Under the pieces are notes generated by a model. That model was not told where the DNA came from and did no database searches. It was given only the letters and a program-made list of their open reading frames with translations. The translations under genes were made by a program, and so were the position numbers. From Eledone cirrhosa (taxonomy: Eukaryota), in contig OZ024740.1 of the NCBI GenBank assembly GCA_964016885.1, forward strand, positions 3,472,001 through 3,536,000: 64,000 nucleotides of DNA. Reading direction: 5' to 3'. Shown piece by piece: positions 50,301 to 64,000 of the stretch; position 1 is the first letter of the stretch; every line of letters begins with the position of its first letter.

Positions 50301-53300
50301 AATGGTGAGTATAAGAGTGGTGTTATCTGACCAGTACTTGACGGGACACTGAGAGAATGGTGAGTGTAAGAGTGGTGTTGTCTGACCAGTACTTAACAGG
50401 ACACTGGTAGAATTATGAGTATAAGAGTGGTGTTGTCTGAACAATACTTGACAGGTGGACACTGGGAGAATGGTGAGTATATGAGTGGTGTTGTGTGACC
50501 AATACTTGACTGGTGGACACTGGTGGAATGGTGAGTGTAAGAGTGGTGTTGTCTGACCAATACTTGACTAGTGGACACTGGTGGAATGGTGAGTATAAGA
50601 GTGGTGTTGTCTGACCACTACTTGAATGGTGGACACTGGTGGAATGGTGAGTGTAAGAGTGGTGTTGTCTGACCAATACTTGACTGGTGGACACTGGTAG
50701 AATGGTGAGTATAAGAGTGGTGTTGTCTGACCAATGCTTGACTGGACACTGGTGGAATGGTGAGTGTAAGAGTGGTGTTGTCTGATCAATACTTGACTGG
50801 TGGACACTGGTGGAATGGTGAGTGTAAGAGTGGTGTTGTCTGACCAATACTTGACAGGTGGACACTGGGAGAATGGCGAGTGTAAGACTGGTGTTGTCTG
50901 ACCAATACTTGACTGGTGGACATTGGAGGAATGGTGAGTGTAAGAGTGGTGTTGTCTGACCAATACTTGACTGGTGGACACTGGTGGAATGGTGAGTGTA
51001 AGAGTGGTGTTGTCTGACCAATACTTGACAGGTGGACACTGGGAGAATGGCGAGTGTAAGAGTGCTGTTGTGTGACCAATACTTGACTGGACATTGGAGG
51101 AATGGTGAGTGTAAGAGTGGTGTTGTCTGACCAATACTTGACTGGTGGACACTGGTGGATGGGTGAGTGTAAGAGTGGTGTTGTCTGACCAATACTTGAC
51201 TGGTGGACACTGGTGGAATGGTGAGTGTAAGAGTGGTGTTATCTGACCAGTACTTGACGGGACACTGATAGAATGGTGAGTGTAAGGGTAGTGTTGTCTG
51301 ACCATTACTTAACAGGACACTGGTGGAATGGTGAGTGTAAGTGCGGTGTTGCCTGACCAGTACTTAACTGGACACTGGTAGAATGGTGAGTGTAAGAGTG
51401 GTGTTGTCTGACCAGTACATGACTGGTGGACACTGGTTGAATGGTGAGTGTAAGAGTGGTGCTGTCTGACCAATACTTGACTGGTGGACACTGGTAGAAT
51501 GGTGAGTATAAGAGTGGTGTTGTCTGACCAGTACTTGACTGGTGGACACTGGTGGAATGGTGAGTGGAAGAGTGGTGTTGTCTGACCAATACTTGACTAG
51601 ACACTGGTGGAATGGTGAGTGTAAGAGTGGTGTTGTCTGACCAATACTTGACTGGTGGACACTGGTAGAATAGTGAGTATAAGAGTGGTGTTGTCTGACC
51701 ATTACTTGACTGTTGGACACTGGTAGAATGGTGAGTATAAATGTGGTGTTGTCTGACCAATACTTGACTGGACACTGGTGGAATGGTGAGTGTAAGAGTG
51801 GTGTTGTTTGATCAATATTTGACTGGTGGACACTGGTGGAATTATGAGTTTAAGAGTGGTGTTGTCTGACCAATACTTGACAGGTGGACACTGGTAGAAT
51901 GGTGAGTATAAGAGTGGTGTTGTCTGACCAGTACTTGACTGGACACTGCTGGAATGGTGAGTGTAAGAGTGGTGTTGTGTGACCATTACTTGACTGGTGG
52001 ACACTGGTAGAATGGTGAGTGGAAGAGTGTTGTTGTCTGACCAATACTTGACTGGACACTGGTGGAATGGTGAGTGTAAGAGTGGTGTTGTCTGACCAAT
52101 ACTTGACTGGTGGACACTGGTAGAATGGTGAGTATAAATGTGGTGTTGTCTGACCAATACTTGACTGGACACTGGTGGAATGGTGAGTGTAAGAGTGGTG
52201 TTGTTTGATCAATATTTGACAGGTGGACACTGGTAGAATTATGAGTATAAGAGTGGTGTTGACTGACCAATACTTGACACGTGGACACTGGTAGAATGGT
52301 GAGTATAAGAGTGGTGTTGTCTGACCAACACTTGTCAGGACACTGGTAGAATGGTGAGTGTAAGAGTGGTGTTGTCTGACCAATACTTGACAGGTGGATA
52401 CTGGGAGAATGGTGAGTATATGAGTGGTGTTGTCTGACCAATACTTGACGTGACACTGGTGGAATGGTGAGTGTAAGAGTGGTGTTGTCTCACCAATACT
52501 TGACTGGTGGACACTGGTGGAATGGTGAGTGTAAGAGTGGTGTTGTCTGAACAATACTTGACTGGTGGACACTGGTGGAATGGTGAGTATAAGAGTGGTG
52601 TTGTCTGACCAATACTTGACAGGACACTGAGAGAATGGTGAGTGTAAGAGTGGTGTTGTCTGACCAGTACTTAACAGGACACTGGTGGAATGGTGAGTGT
52701 AAGAGTGGTGTTGTCTGACCAGTACTTAAATGGACACTGGTAGAATGGTGAGTGTAAGAGTGGTGTTGTCTGATCAGTACTTGACTGGTGGACACTGGTG
52801 TAATGGTGAGTGTAAGAGTGGTGTTGTCTGACCAATATGTGACTGGTGGACACTGGTGGAATGGTGTGTATAAGAGTGGTGTTGTCTGACCAGTACTTGA
52901 CTGGTGGACACTGGAGGAATGGTGAGTGTAAGAGTGGTTTTGTCTGACCAGCACTTGACTGGTGGACACTGGTGGAATGGTGAGTGTAAGAGTGGTCTTG
53001 TCTGACCAGTACTTGACTGGTGGACACTGGTGGAATGGTGAATGTAAGAGTGGTGTTGTCTGACCAATACTTGACTGGTGGACACTGGTGGAATGGTGAG
53101 TGTAAGAGTGGTGTTGTCTGACCTATACTTGACTGGTGGACACTGGTGGAATGGTGAGTATAAGAGTGGTGTTGTCTGACCAATACTTGACTGGTGGACA
53201 CTGGTGGAATGGTGAGTGTAAGAGTGGTTTTGTCTGACCAATACTTGACTGGTTGACACTGGTAGAATGGTGAGTATGAGAGTGGTGTTGTCTGACCAAT

Positions 53301-56300
53301 ACTTGACTGGTGGACACTGGTGGACACTGGTGGAATGGTGAATGTAAGAATGGTTTTGTCTGACCAATACTTGACTGTTGCACACTGGTGGAATGGTGAG
53401 TGTAAGAGTGGAGTTATATGACCAATACTTGACTGGTGGACACTGGTGGAATGGTGAATGTAAGAGTGGTGTTGTCTGACCAATACTTGACTGGACACTG
53501 GTGGAATGGTGAGTGTAAGAGTGGTGTTGTCTGACCAATACTTGACAGGTGGACACTGGGAGAATGGTGAGTATATGAGTGGTGTTGTCTGACCAATACT
53601 TGACGGGACACTGGTGGAATGGTGAGTGTAAGAGTGGTGTTGTGTGACCAATACTTGACTGGTGGACACTGGTGGAATGGTGAGTGTAAGAGTGGTGTTG
53701 TCTGACCAATACTTGACTAGTGGACACTGGTGGAATGGTGAGTATAAGAGTGGTGTTGTCTGACCAGTACTTGACTGGTGGACACTGGTGGAATGGTGAG
53801 TGTAAGAGTGGTGTTGTCTGACCAATATTTGACTGGTGGACACTGGTAGAATGGTGAGTGTAAGAGTGGTGATGGGTGACCAATACTTGATTGGACATTG
53901 GAGGAATGGTGAGTGTATGAGTGGTGTTGTCTGACCAATACTTGACTGGTGGAATGGTGAGTGTAAGAGTGAAGTTGTCTGACCAGTACTTGACTGGACA
54001 CTGGTGGAATGGTGAGTGTAAGAGTGGTGTTGTCTGACCATTACTTGACTGGTGGACACTGATGGATTGGTGAGTGTAAGAATGGTGTTGTCTGACCAGT
54101 ACTTGACTGGTGGACACTGGTGGAATGGTGAGTGTAAGAGTGGTGTTGTCTGACCAGTACTTGACTGGTGGACACTGGTGGAATGGTGAGTGTAAGAGTG
54201 GTGTTGTCTGACCAGTACTTGACTGGTGGACACTGGTGGAATGGTGAATGTAAGCATGGTGTTGTCTGACCAATACTTGACTGGTGGACACTGGTGGAAT
54301 TGGGAGTGTAAGAGTGGTTTTGTCTGACCAATACTTGACTGCTGGACACTGGTAGAATGGTGAGTATAAGAAATGTTTTGTCTGACCAATACTTGACTAG
54401 TGCACACTGGTGGAATGGTGAGTGTAAGAGTGTTGTTATCTGATCAATATTTGACAGGTGGACACTGGTAGAATGGTCAGTATAAGAGTGGTGTTGTCTG
54501 ACCAGTACTTGACAGGTGGACACTGGGAGAATGGTGAGTATAAGAGTAGTGTTGTCTGACCAATACTTGACGGGACACTGGTGGAATGGTGAGTGTAAGA
54601 GTGGTGTTGTCTGATCAATATTTGACAGGTGGACACTGGTAGAATGGTGAGTATAAGAGTGGTGTTGTCTGAACAGTACTTGACTGGACACTGGTGGAAT
54701 GCTGAGTGTAAGAGTGGTGTTGTCTGACGAATACTTGACAGGTGGACACTGGGAGAATGGTAGTGTAAAAGTGGTGTTGTCTGACCAATACTTGACTGGT
54801 GGACACTGGTGGAATGGTGAGTGTAAGAGTGGTGTTGTCTGACCAGTACTTAACAGGACACTGGTGGAATGGTGAGTGTAAGAGTGGTGTTGTCTAACCA
54901 GTACTTGACTGGTGGACACTGGTGGAATGGTGAGTGTAAGAGTGGTGTTGTCTGACCAGTACTTGACTGGTGGACACTGGTGGAATGGTGAATGTAAGCG
55001 TGGTGTTATCTGACCAATATTTGACTGGTGGACACTGGTGGAATGGTGAGTGTAAGAGTGGTTTTGTCTGACCAATACTTGACTGGTGCACACTGGTAGA
55101 ATGGTGAGTATAAGTGTGGTGTTGTCTGACCAATACTTGACAGGTGGACACTGGGAGAATGGTGAGTATAAGAGTGGTGTTGTCTGACCAATACCTGACG
55201 GGACACTGGTGGAATGGTGAGTGTAAGAGTGGTGTTGTCTGATCAATATTTGACAGGTGAACACTGGTAGAATGGTGAGTATAAGAGTGGTGTTGTCTGA
55301 CCAGTACTTGACTGGACACTGGTGGAATGGTGAGTGTAATAGTGGTGTTGTCTGATCAATATTTGACAGGTGGACACTGGTAGAATGGTGAGTATAAGAG
55401 TGGTGTTGTCTGAACAATACTTGACTGGTGGACACTGGTGGAATGGTGAGTATAAGAGTGGTGTTATCTGACCAGTACTTGACGGGACACTGAGAGAATG
55501 GTGAGTGTAAGAGTGGTGTTGTCTGACCAGTACTTAACAGGACACTGGTGGAATGGTGAGTGTAAGAGTGGTGTTGTCTGACCAGTACTTAAATGGACAC
55601 TCGTAGAATGGTGATTGTAAGAGTGGTGTTGTCTGACCAGTACTTGACTGGTGGACACTGGTGGAATGGTGAGTGTAAGAGTGGTGTTGTCTGACCAATA
55701 TGTGACTGGTGGACACTGGTGGAATGGTGAGTATAACAGTGGTGTTGTCTGACCAGTACTTGACTGGTGGACACTGGAGGAATGGTGAGTGTAAGAGTGG
55801 TTTTGTCTGACCAGAACTTGACTGGTGGCACTGGTGGAATGGTGAGTGTAAGAGTGGTCTTGTCTGACCAGTACTTGACTGGTGGACACTGGTGGAATGG
55901 TGAGTGTGAGAGTGGTGTTGTCTGACCAATTCTTGACTGGTGGACACTGGTGGACACTGGTGGAATGGTGAGTGTAAGAATGGTTTTGTCTGACCAATAC
56001 TTGACTGGTGCACACTGGTGGAATGGTGAGTGTAAGAGTGGAGTTATATGACCAATACTTGACTGGTGTACACTGGTGGAATGGTGAATGTAAGAGTGGT
56101 GTTGTCTGACTAATACTTGACTGGACACTGGTGGGATGGTGAGTGTAAGAGTGGTGTTGTCTGACCAATACTTGACAGGTGGACACTGGGAGAATGGTGA
56201 GTATATGAGTGGTGTTGTCTGACCAATACTTGACGGGACACTGGTGGAATGGTGAGTGTAAGAGTGGTGTTGTGTGACCAATACTTGACTGGTGGACACT

Positions 56301-59300
56301 GGAGGAATGGTGAGTGTAAGAGTGGTGTTGTCTGACCAATACTTGACTAGTGGACACTGGTGGAATGGTGAGTATAAGAGTGGTGTTGTCTGACCAGTAC
56401 TTGACTGGTGGACACTGGTGGAATGGTGAGTGTAAGAGTGGTGTTGTCTGACCAATATTTGACTGGTGGACACTGGTAGAATGGTGAGTGTCAGAGTGGT
56501 GATGGGTGACCAATACTTGATTGGACATTGGAGGAATGGTGAGTGTAAGAGTGGTGTTGTCTGACCAATACTTGACTGGTGGAATGGTGAGTGTAAGAGT
56601 GGAGTTGTCTGACCAGTACTTGACTGGACACTGGTGGAATGGTGAGTGTAAGAGTGGTGTTGTCTGACCATTACTTGACTGGTGGACACTGATGGATTGG
56701 TGAGTGTAAGAGTGGTGTTGTCTGACCAGTACTTGACTGGTGGACACTGGTGGAATGGTGAGTGTAAGAGTGGTGTTGTCTGACCAGTACTTGACTGGTG
56801 GACACTGGTGGAATGGTGAGTGTAAGAGTGGTGTTGTCTGACCAGTACTTGACTGGTGGACACTGGTGGAATGGTGAACGTAAGCGTGGTGTTGTCTGAC
56901 CAATACTTGACTAGTGCACACTGGTGGAATGGTGAGTGTAAGAGTGGTGTTATCTGATCAATATTTGACAGGTGTACACTGGTAGAATGGTGAGTATAAG
57001 AGTGGTGTTGTCTGACCAGTACTTGACAGGTGGACACCGGGAGAATGGTGAGTATAAGAGTAGTGTTTTTTGACCAATACTTGACGGGACACTGGTGGAA
57101 TGGTGAGTGTAAGAGTGGTGTTGTCTGATCAATATTTGACAGGTGGACACTGGTAGAATGGTGAGTATAAGAGTGGCGTTGTCTGACCAGTACTTGACTG
57201 GACACTGGTGGAATGGTGAGTGTAAGAGTGGTGTTGTCTGACGAATACTTGACAGGTGGACACTGGGAGAATGGTGAGTATATGAGTGGTGTTGTCAGAC
57301 CAATACTTGACGGGACACTGGTGGAATGGTGAGTGTAAAAATGTTGTTGTCTGAACAATACTTGACTGGTGGACACTGGTGGAATGGTGAGTATAAGAGT
57401 GGTGTTGTCTGACCATTACTTGACGGGTGGACACTGGTGGAATGGTGAGTATAAGAGTGGTGTTGTCTGACCAATACTTGACTGGACACTGGTGGAATGA
57501 TGAGTGTAAGAGTGGTGTTGTCTGACCAATACTTGACTGGTGGACACTGGTAGAATGGTGAGTGTAAGAGTGGTGTTGTGTGACCAATACTTGATTGGAC
57601 ATTGGAGGAATGGTGAGTGTAAGAGTGGTGTTGTCTGACCAACACTTGACAGGTGGACACTGGTGGAATGGTGAGTGTAAGAGTGGAGTTGTCTGACCAT
57701 TATTTGACTGGTGGACACTGGTGGATTGGTGAGGGTAAGAGTGGTGTTGTCTGACCAATACTTGACTGGTGGAATGGTGAGTGTAAGTGTGGTGTTATCT
57801 GACCAGTACTTGACGGGACACTGAGAGAATGGTGAGTGTAAGAGTGGTGTTGTCTGACCAGTACTTAACTGGACACTGGTGGAATGGTGAGTGTAAGAGT
57901 GTTGTTGTCTGACCAGTACTTAACTGGGCACTGGTAGAATGGTGAGTGTAAGAGTGGTGTTGTCTGACCAGTACTTGACTGGTGGACACTGGTGGAATGG
58001 TGAGTGTAAGAGTGGTGTTGTCTGACCAATACTTGACTGGTGGACACTGGTGGAATGGTGAGTGTAAGAGTGGTCTTGTATGACCAGTACTTGACTGGTG
58101 GACACTGGTGGAATGGTGAGTCTATGAGTGGTTTTGTCGGACCAGTACTTGACTGGTGGACACTGGTGGAATGGTGAGTGTAAGAGTGGTGTTGTCTGAC
58201 CAATACTTGACAGGTGGACACTGGTGGAATGGTGAGTGTAAGAGTGGTTTTGTTTGACAAATAATTGACTGTTGGACACTGGTGGAATGGTGAGCGTAAG
58301 AGTGGTTTTGTCTGACCAATACTTGACTGGTTGACACTGGTGGAATGGTGAGTGTAAGAATGGTTTTGTCTGATCAATACTTGACTGGTGCATACTGGTG
58401 GAATGGTGAGTGTAAGAGTGGAGTTATCTGACCAATACTTGACTGGTGGACACTGGTGGAATGGTGAGTAGAAGAGTGGTGTTGTCTGACCAGTACTTAA
58501 CTGGACACTGGTGGAATATTGAGTGTAAGAGTGGTGTTGTCTGACCAATACTTGACTGGACACTGGTGGAACGGTGAGTGTAAGAGTGGTGTTGTCTGAC
58601 TAGTACTTGAATGGTGGACACTGTTGGAATGGTGAGTGTAAGAGTGGTGTTGTCTGACCAATAATTGACTGGTGGACACTGGGGGAATGGTGAATGTAAG
58701 CGTGGTGTTGTCTGACCAATACTTGACTGGTGGACACTGGTGGAATGGTGAGTGTAAGAGTGGTGTTGTCTGACCAATAATTGATGGGACACTGGGGGAA
58801 TGGTGAGTGTAAGAGTGGTGTTGTCTAACCAATGCTTGACTGGTGGACTCTGGTGGAATGGTGAGTGTAAGAGTGGTGTTGTCTAACCAATACTTGACTG
58901 GACACTGGTGGAATGGTGAGTGTAAGAGTGGTGTTGTCTGACCAATACTTGACAGGGGGACACTGGGAGAATGGTGAGTATATGAGTGGTGTTTTCAGAC
59001 CAATACTTGACTGGTGGACACTGGTGGAATGGTGAGTGTAAGAGTGGTGTTGTGTGACCAATAATTGACTGGTGGACACTGGTGGAATGGTGAGTATTAG
59101 AGTGGTGTTGTCTGACCAGTACTTGACTGGTGGACACTGGTGGAATGGTGAGTGTAAGAGTGGTTTTGTCTGACCAGTACTTGACTGGTGGACACTGGTG
59201 GAATGGTGAGTGTAAGAGTGGTGTTGTCTGACCAGTACTTGACTGGTGGACACTGGTGGAATGGTGAATGTAAGCGTGGTGTTGTCTGACCAATACTTGA

Positions 59301-62300
59301 CTGGTGGACACTGGTGGAATGGTGAGTGTAAGAGTGGTTTTGTCTGACCAATACTTGACTGGTGGACACTGGTAGAATGGTGAGTGTAAGAGTGGTGTTG
59401 TGTGACCAATACTCGATTGTACATTGGAGGAATGCTGAGTGTAAGAGTGGTGTTGTCTGACCAATACTTGACTGATGGAATGGTGAGTGTAAGAGTGGAG
59501 TTGTCTGACCATTACTTGAGAGGTGGACACTGCTGGATTGGTGAGTGTAAGTGTGGTGTTGTCTGACCAGTACTTGACTGGTGGACACTGGTGGAATGGT
59601 GAGTGTAAGAGTGGTGTTGTCTGACCAGTACTTGACTGGTGGACACTGGTGGAATGGTGAGTGTAAGAGTGGTGTTGTCTGACCAGTACTTGACTGGTGG
59701 ACACTGGTGGAATGGTGAATGTAAGCGTGGTGTTGTCTGACCAATACTTGACTGGTGGACACTGGTGGAATGGTGAGTGTAAGAGTGGTTTTGTCTGACC
59801 AATACTTGACTGCTGGACACTGGTAGAATGGTGAGTGTAAGAGTGGTGTTGTCTGACCAGTACTTGACTGGTGGACACTGGTGGAATGGTGAATGTATGC
59901 GTGGTGTTGTCTGACCAATACTGGACTGGTGGACACTGGTGGAATGGTGAGTGTAAGAATGGTTTTGTCTGACCAATACTTGACTAGTGCACACTGGTGG
60001 AATGGTGAGTATAAGAGTGGTGTTATCTGATCAATATTTGACAGGTGGACACTGGTAGAATGGTGAGTATAAGAGTGGTGTTTTCTGACCAATACTTGAC
60101 AGGTGGACACTGGGAGAATGGTGAGTATAAGAGTGGTGTTGTCTGACCAAAAATTGACGGGACACTGGTGGAATGGTGAGTGTAAGAGTGGTGTTGTCTG
60201 ATCAATATTTGACAAGTGGACACTGGTAGAATGGTGAGTATAAGAGTGGTGTTGTCTGACCAGTACTTGACTGGACACTGCTGGAATGGTGAGTGTAAGA
60301 GTGGTGTTGTCTGACGAATACATGACAGGTGGACACTGGGAGAATGGTGAGTATATGAGTGGTGTTGTCAGACCAATACTTGACGGGACACTGGTGGAAT
60401 GGTGAGTGTAAGTGTGGTGTTGTCTGACCAATACTTGACTAGTGGACACTGGAGGAATGGTGAGTGTAAGTGTGGTGTTGTGTGACCATTACTTGACTGG
60501 TGGACACTGGTGGAATGGTGAGTATAAGAGTGGTGTTGTCTGACCAGTACTTGACTGGTGGACACTGGTGGAATGGTGAATGTAAATGTGGTGTTGTCTG
60601 ACCAATACTTGACTGGTGGACACTGGTAGAATGGTGAGTATAAGAATGGTTTTGTCTGACCAATTCTTGACTAGAGCACACTGGTGGAATGGTGAATGTA
60701 AGAGTGGTGTTATCTGATCAATATTTGACAGGTGGACACTGGTAGAATGGTGAATATAAGTGTGGTGTTGTCTGACCAATACTTGACAGGTGGACACTGG
60801 GAGAATGGTGAGTATAAGAGTGGTGTTGTCTGACCAATAATTGACGGGAAACTGGTGCAATGGTGAGGGTAAGAGTGGTGTTGTCTGATCAATATTTGAC
60901 AGGTGGACACTGGTAGAATGGTGAGTATAAGAGTGGTGTTGTCTGACCAATACTTGACAGGTGGACACTGGGAGAATGGTGAGTATAAGAGTGGTGTTGT
61001 CTGACCAATACTTGACTGGTGGACACTGGTGGAATGGTGAGTGTAAGAGTGGTGTTGTCTGAACAATACTTGACTGGTGGACACTGGTGGAATGTTGAGT
61101 ATAAGAGTGGTGTTGTCTGACCAGTACTTGACTGGTGGACACTGGTGGAATGGTGAGTGTAAGAGTGGTGTTGTCTGACCATTACTTGACTGGTAGACAC
61201 TGGTGGATGGTGGAATGGTGAGTATAAGAGTGGTGTTGTCTGACCAATACTTGACTGGACACTGGTGGAATGATGAGTGTAAGAGTGGTGTTGTCTGACC
61301 AATACTTGACTGGTGGACACTGGTAGAATGGTGAGTGTAAGAGTGGTGTTGTGTGACCAATACTTGATTGGACATTGGAGGAATGGTGAGTGTAAGAGTG
61401 GTGTTGTCTGACCAATACTTGACTGGTGGACACTGGTGGGATGGTGAGTGTAAGAGTGGTGTTGTCTGACCATTATTTGACTGGTTGGTGGACACTGGTG
61501 GATTGGTGAGTGTAAGAGTGGTGTTGTCTGACCAATACTTGACTGGTGGACACTGGTGGAATGGTGAGTGTAAGAGTGGTGTTGTCTGACCACTACTTAA
61601 CAGGACACTGGTGGAATGGTGAGTGTAAGAGTGTTGTTGTCTGATCAGTACTTAACTGGGCACTGGTAGAATGGTGAGTGTAAGAGTGGTGTTGTCTGAC
61701 CAGTACTTGACTGGTGGACACTGGTGGAATGGTGAGTGTAAGAGTGGTGTTGTCTGACCAATACTTGACTGGTGGACACTGGTGGAATGGTGAGTATAAG
61801 AGTGGTGTTGTCGGACCAGTACTTGACTGGTGGACACTGGTGGAATGGTGAGTGTAAGAGTGGTGTTGTCTGACCAATACTTGACTGGTGGACACTGGTG
61901 GAATGGTGAGTGTAAGAGTGGTGTTGTCTGACCAGTACTTAACAGGACACTGGTGGAATGGTGAGTGTAAGAGTGGTGTTGTCTAACCAGTACTTGACTG
62001 GTGGACACTGGTGGAATGGTGAGTGTAAGAGTGGTGTTGTCTGACCAGTACTTGACTGGTGGACACTGGTGGAATGGTGAATGTAAGCATGGTGTTGTCT
62101 GACCAATACTTGACTGGTGGACACTGGTGGAATGGTGAGTGTAAGAGTGGTTTTGTCTGACCAATACTTGACTGGTGGACACTGGTAGAATGGTGAGTAT
62201 AAGAATGGTTTTGTCTGACCAATTCTTGACTAGTGCACACTGGTGGAATGGTGAGTGTAAGAGTGGTGTTATCTGATCAATATTTGACAGGTGGACACTG

Positions 62301-64000
62301 GTAGAATGGTGAGTATAAGAGTGGTGTTGTTTGACCAATACTTGATGGGACACTGGTGGAATGGTGAGTGTAAGAGTGGTGTTGTCTGACCAATACTTGA
62401 CAGGTGGACACTGGGAGAATGGTGAGTATATGAGTGGTGTTGTCTGACCAATACTTGACGGGACACTGGTGGAATGGTGAGTGTAAGAGTGGTGTTGTCT
62501 GACCAATACTTGAATGGTGGACACTGGTGGAATGGTGAGTGTAAGAGTGGTGTTGTCTGACCAGTACTTGACTGGTGGACACTGGTGGAATGGTGAGTGT
62601 AAGAGTGGTGTTGTCTGACCAATACTTGACTGGTGGACACTGGTGGAATGGTGAGTATAAGAGTGGTGTTGTCTGACCATTACTTGACTGGTGGACACTG
62701 GTGGAATGGTGAATGTAAGCGTGGTGTTGTCTGACCAATACTTGACTGGACACTGGTGGAATGGTGAGTGTAAGAGTGGTGTTGTCTGACCAATACTTGA
62801 CTGGTGGACACTGGTGGAATGGTGAGTATAAGAGTGGTGTTGTCTGACCATTACTTGACTGGTGGACACTGGTGGAATGGTGAATGTAAGCGTGGTGTCG
62901 TCTGACCAATACTTGACTGGACACTGGTGGAATGGTGAATGTAAGAGTGGTGTTGTCTGACCAATACTTGACTGGTGGACACTGGTGGAATGGTGAGTGT
63001 AAGAGTGGTGTTGTCTGACCAATAATTGATGGGACACTGGTGGAATGGTGAGTGTAAGAGTGGTGTTGTCTGACCAATACTTGACTGGTGGACTCTGGTG
63101 GAATGGTGAGTGTAAGAGTGGTGTTGTCTGACCAATACTTGACTGGACACTGGTGGAATGGTGAGTGTAAGAGTGGTGTTATCTGACCAATACTTGACAG
63201 GGGGACACTGGGAGAATGGTGAGTATATGAGTGGTGTTGTCAGACCAATACTTGACGGGACACTGGTGGAATGGTGAGTGTAAGAGTGGTGTTGTCTGAC
63301 CAATACTTGACTGGTGGACACTGGTGGAATGGTGAGTGTAAGAGTGGTGTTGTGTGACCAATACTTGACTGGTGGACACTGGTGGAATGGTGAGTATAAG
63401 AGTGGTGTTGTCTGACCAGTACTTGACTGGTGGACACTGGTGGAATGGTGAGTGTAAGAGTGGTGTTGTCTGACCAGTACTTAACAGGACACTGGTGGAA
63501 TGGTGAGTGTAAGAGTGGTGTTGTCTGACCAGTACTTAACAGGACACTGGTGGAATGGTGAGTGTAAGAGTGGTGTTGTCTAACCAGTACTTGACTGGTG
63601 GACACTGGTGGAATGGTGAGTGTAAGAGTGGTTTTGTCTGACCAATACTTGACTGGTGGACACTGGTAGAATGGTGAGTATAAGAATGGTTTTGTCTGAC
63701 CAATTCTTGACTAGTGCACACTGGTGGAATGGTGAGTGTAAGAGTGGTGTTATCTGATCAATATTTGACAGGTGGACACTGGTAGAATGGTGAGTATAAG
63801 TGTGGTGTTGTCTGACCAATACTTGACAGGTGGACACTGGGAGAATTGTGAGTATAAGAGTGGTGTTGTCTGACCAATACTTGACGGGACACTGGTGGAA
63901 TGGTGAGTGTAAGAGTGGTGTTGTCTGATCAATATTTGACAGGTGGACACTGGTAGAATGGTGAGTATAAGAGTGGTGTTGTCTGACCAGTACTTGACTG
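26399..64000. repeat. 58/55-bp tandem satellite array, >37.6 kb, roughly 650 copies, runs off the window end
   Basis: Consensus GAGTGGTGTTGTCTGACCAATACTTGACTGGTGGACACTGGTGGAATGGTGAGTGTAA (58 bp); frequent 55-bp units, rare +/-10-bp units; uninterrupted and single orientation. Copy number is length divided by unit size. Confidence 0.99.

Noticed and set aside
26325-63950. Many long minus-strand ORFs (HHSYTHHSTSVHQSSIGQTTPLLHSPFHQCPPVKYWSDNTTLTLTIPPVSTSQVLVRQ repeats) resembling a His-rich or mucin-like protein
   Set aside because: The 58-bp unit is not a multiple of 3, so all three frames give the same peptide. The C/A-rich strand lacks stops by composition, variant units introduce stops freely and +/-10-bp indels occur, so there is no sign of coding constraint.
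26399-64000. CRISPR-like regular repeat
   Set aside because: Units are contiguous with no unique spacers, there are no cas genes, and the context is eukaryotic.

Overview
AT-rich, (TA)n-saturated animal DNA, most likely a coleoid cephalopod such as Octopus (inferred from the SINE/LINE/microsatellite make-up, not proven). The only host coding sequence I can support is one internal minus-strand exon (2682-2910) encoding the DEP domain of an Epac2/RAPGEF4-like cAMP-regulated Rap GEF, so most of the window is probably intron. Bases 1-26 kb are a mosaic of mobile elements: two decayed RTE-type LINEs with a PHD finger inside the RT and (GAT)n tails plus several 3' stubs, a 5'-truncated Penelope-like element (RT plus GIY-YIG, Naiad-like), tRNA-derived SINEs, MITEs, a 4-kb 15-bp minisatellite and an interleaved inverted-repeat structure. 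Reading by eye reveals a dense set of minimal type I hammerhead ribozyme (HHR) motifs in short cassettes ending in (TA)n: two with intact cores and up to five degenerate or partial. Intact cores occur only antisense to the host gene. From 26.4 kb to the window end lies a 58/55-bp G-rich tandem array (>37 kb) with a patchwork of kb-scale higher-order duplications. The long ORFs in both arrays are artefacts of repeat composition.
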